Positions 62,433 through 64,000 of a stretch of DNA of 64,000 nt are shown here, in pieces. The notes under the pieces were generated by a model. That model saw nothing but the letters and a program-made list of their open reading frames with translations, did not search any database and had not been told where the DNA came from. The position numbers were made by a program, and so were the translations under genes. Source of the stretch: Azolla caroliniana (taxonomy: Eukaryota > Plantae > Polypodiophyta); assembly GCA_043228905.1 (NCBI GenBank), contig JBHGNT010000015.1:310001-374000 (forward strand), in the 5' to 3' direction. The stretch's first letter is position 1. Each line of letters starts with the position of its first letter.

Positions 62433-63360
62433 TAGTTGAACGAACCATGCAAATTGCATGTATCTTATGCACAATTTCTTGCATCATGTTTTCTTCCCCA
62501 GTGAGTTTTAATGTATGTCTTACATAATGTGATCTCATTAATGTGTTGTCCACACCTAATGACAAGACTCAAGAGCGAGCGATTTGACTATATGTGTGAG
62601 TATGAGCATTATGGTTGCCAACACGTTTGAGGTATGTAAAAGATAATAGCCTTGATTGTCTAAAGGCATCGCGAAGTTGTGCAATAGACAAGATTAATTC
62701 AATGAAATGTTTTGTTCCATTGTGTATGTTCAATTAGCAACATCCAATGTTCTACCTACACATTCAACATGATTTAAATTACTTTATGACAATTAGGAAA
62801 GGTCACTCTATATAAAAGGGAGAGAGGCCACGAGTGTTCACTTCTTTGGAAAGACATGATTGATGATTGTCAAACAATTGGTGGCTTAATAGTAAAATGA
62901 TTTTGTGAGAGTGATCCCAATGAGTTGCGTAAGGTTCAATGAGACTAGGTGAGATTCGAACCTTGTTTATCAGGTCCCCTACATTACCATCAATTTATCG
63001 TCACCCTTGTAGAAAGCCTACTATGCGAGACATGGGGATAGGAACCAAAAGGAATGAATGAGGGGGGTCACGAAGGTTCGAATGAAAGCGCAAATTGCTT
63101 CTCTAGAGGCTAACAAACACTTCCATTAAAAATGTGTGATGAACATTGAATGGAATGGGGGGGCTTGGCCTAAATCTGGGGTCAAATTTGGTAGCCCCCT
63201 CTAAAACCCTGCCTTCCTTCCTTGGCTGCTTTTGGCTGCTTTTCTTGGGGAGTTTGATTCTCTAAATGCCAAGACAAGAACATGGTGGGCCATTTGCCCA
63301 TCAAGCAGCAGAAGATAGGGCGCCCTCTCATTCGTCCATAGATTTGAAGGGATCCCATTC

Positions 63361-63681
63361 ATGACGACTAGCGAGAAGCCATGGAGGTTTGCTGTTCTCC
63401 TGACAGGCCATGCCTCGCCCTTCACACAGCAGAAGTATGGAGGCTATGGCCAGATGTTCGTTGATCTCCTGAAGGAAGAAGGAGAAACATGGGACATTAT
63501 CCCAGTAGTCGATGGCATCTTCCCTTCGTCTCAAGACCTTGATTGGTACCATGGGTTCGTCATCACTGGCAGCAAGTTTGATGCTCATGGAAACGATCCT
63601 TGGATCCTCAATCTCTGTGAAATTCTGTGTGAACTGCACCTCAAACGTAAGAAAGTGCTGGGGGTCTGCTTCGGACATCAG
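63361..63681 (+). CDS. Class I glutamine amidotransferase-like gamma-glutamyl peptidase, exon 1 (gene continues past the window)
   Basis: YGGY..MF..LL.EEGE.WD, GFVITGS..DAH.ND.WI, nucleophile elbow LGVCFGHQ, then a GT donor. Confidence 0.9.
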
Positions 63682-64000
63682 GTAAATTCTCCTCTTGGCT
63701 CATACATGTATGTGCTGTTTATTTGTACGTATAAAAAGAAAGAAGAGCAAGTGTCATGTCTATGTATGTAGGGTTTACATGGGCATAGATGAAGAACCAT
63801 ACACGAACCATGTGTATATGTAATTTTTATATGTACATAGAAGAAGAACTAGTAGAACTGACTGAGATGTAGATGATGTTTTATGCATAGAAGAAGAGAA
63901 TTTGGACTTTGAGACAGATAATATAGAAGTTGAGATGTAGATGTAGATATGTTTTTTTCCACTTAGAGAGAGAGACAAAACTAAATAGAGAGTCTTTGCA

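Overview
Eukaryotic land-plant nuclear DNA with spliced genes. A fern or other seed-free plant is my inference from the PLS-PPR style and the TE types. Bases 1-21.1 kb are a five-layer retroelement nest. A decayed Ty1/copia element has its 3' LTR split by a rearranged minus-strand Ty3/gypsy element (A, 1449-20625, TSD ACGG). A in turn holds a young Gag-only non-autonomous element (C, 1687-5061, TSD CCGT) and a Penelope-like element (PLE) with no C-terminal endonuclease and a minimal hammerhead ribozyme. The PLE is itself split by a near-intact, very young gypsy element (B, 10837-18225, TSD GCGG). A, B and C share tRNA-Trp priming, TGTCG...CGACA ends, 4-bp CpG-centred TSDs and a tRNA-like Pol III module inside the LTR. 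A and B also share a -1 frameshift signal (G_GAT_TTT plus a covarying stem) between protease and RT. Bases 25-64 kb are ordinary gene space: KUP/HAK transporter, PLS-PPR, SF3B3, a DUF3082-like gene, four tandem tRNA-Ser(AGA) genes, GH17-X8 glucanase, HAD-IIA hydrolase, a DUF716/TMEM45-like gene and the start of a GATase1 gamma-glutamyl peptidase. All calls are by eye; no database searches were run.
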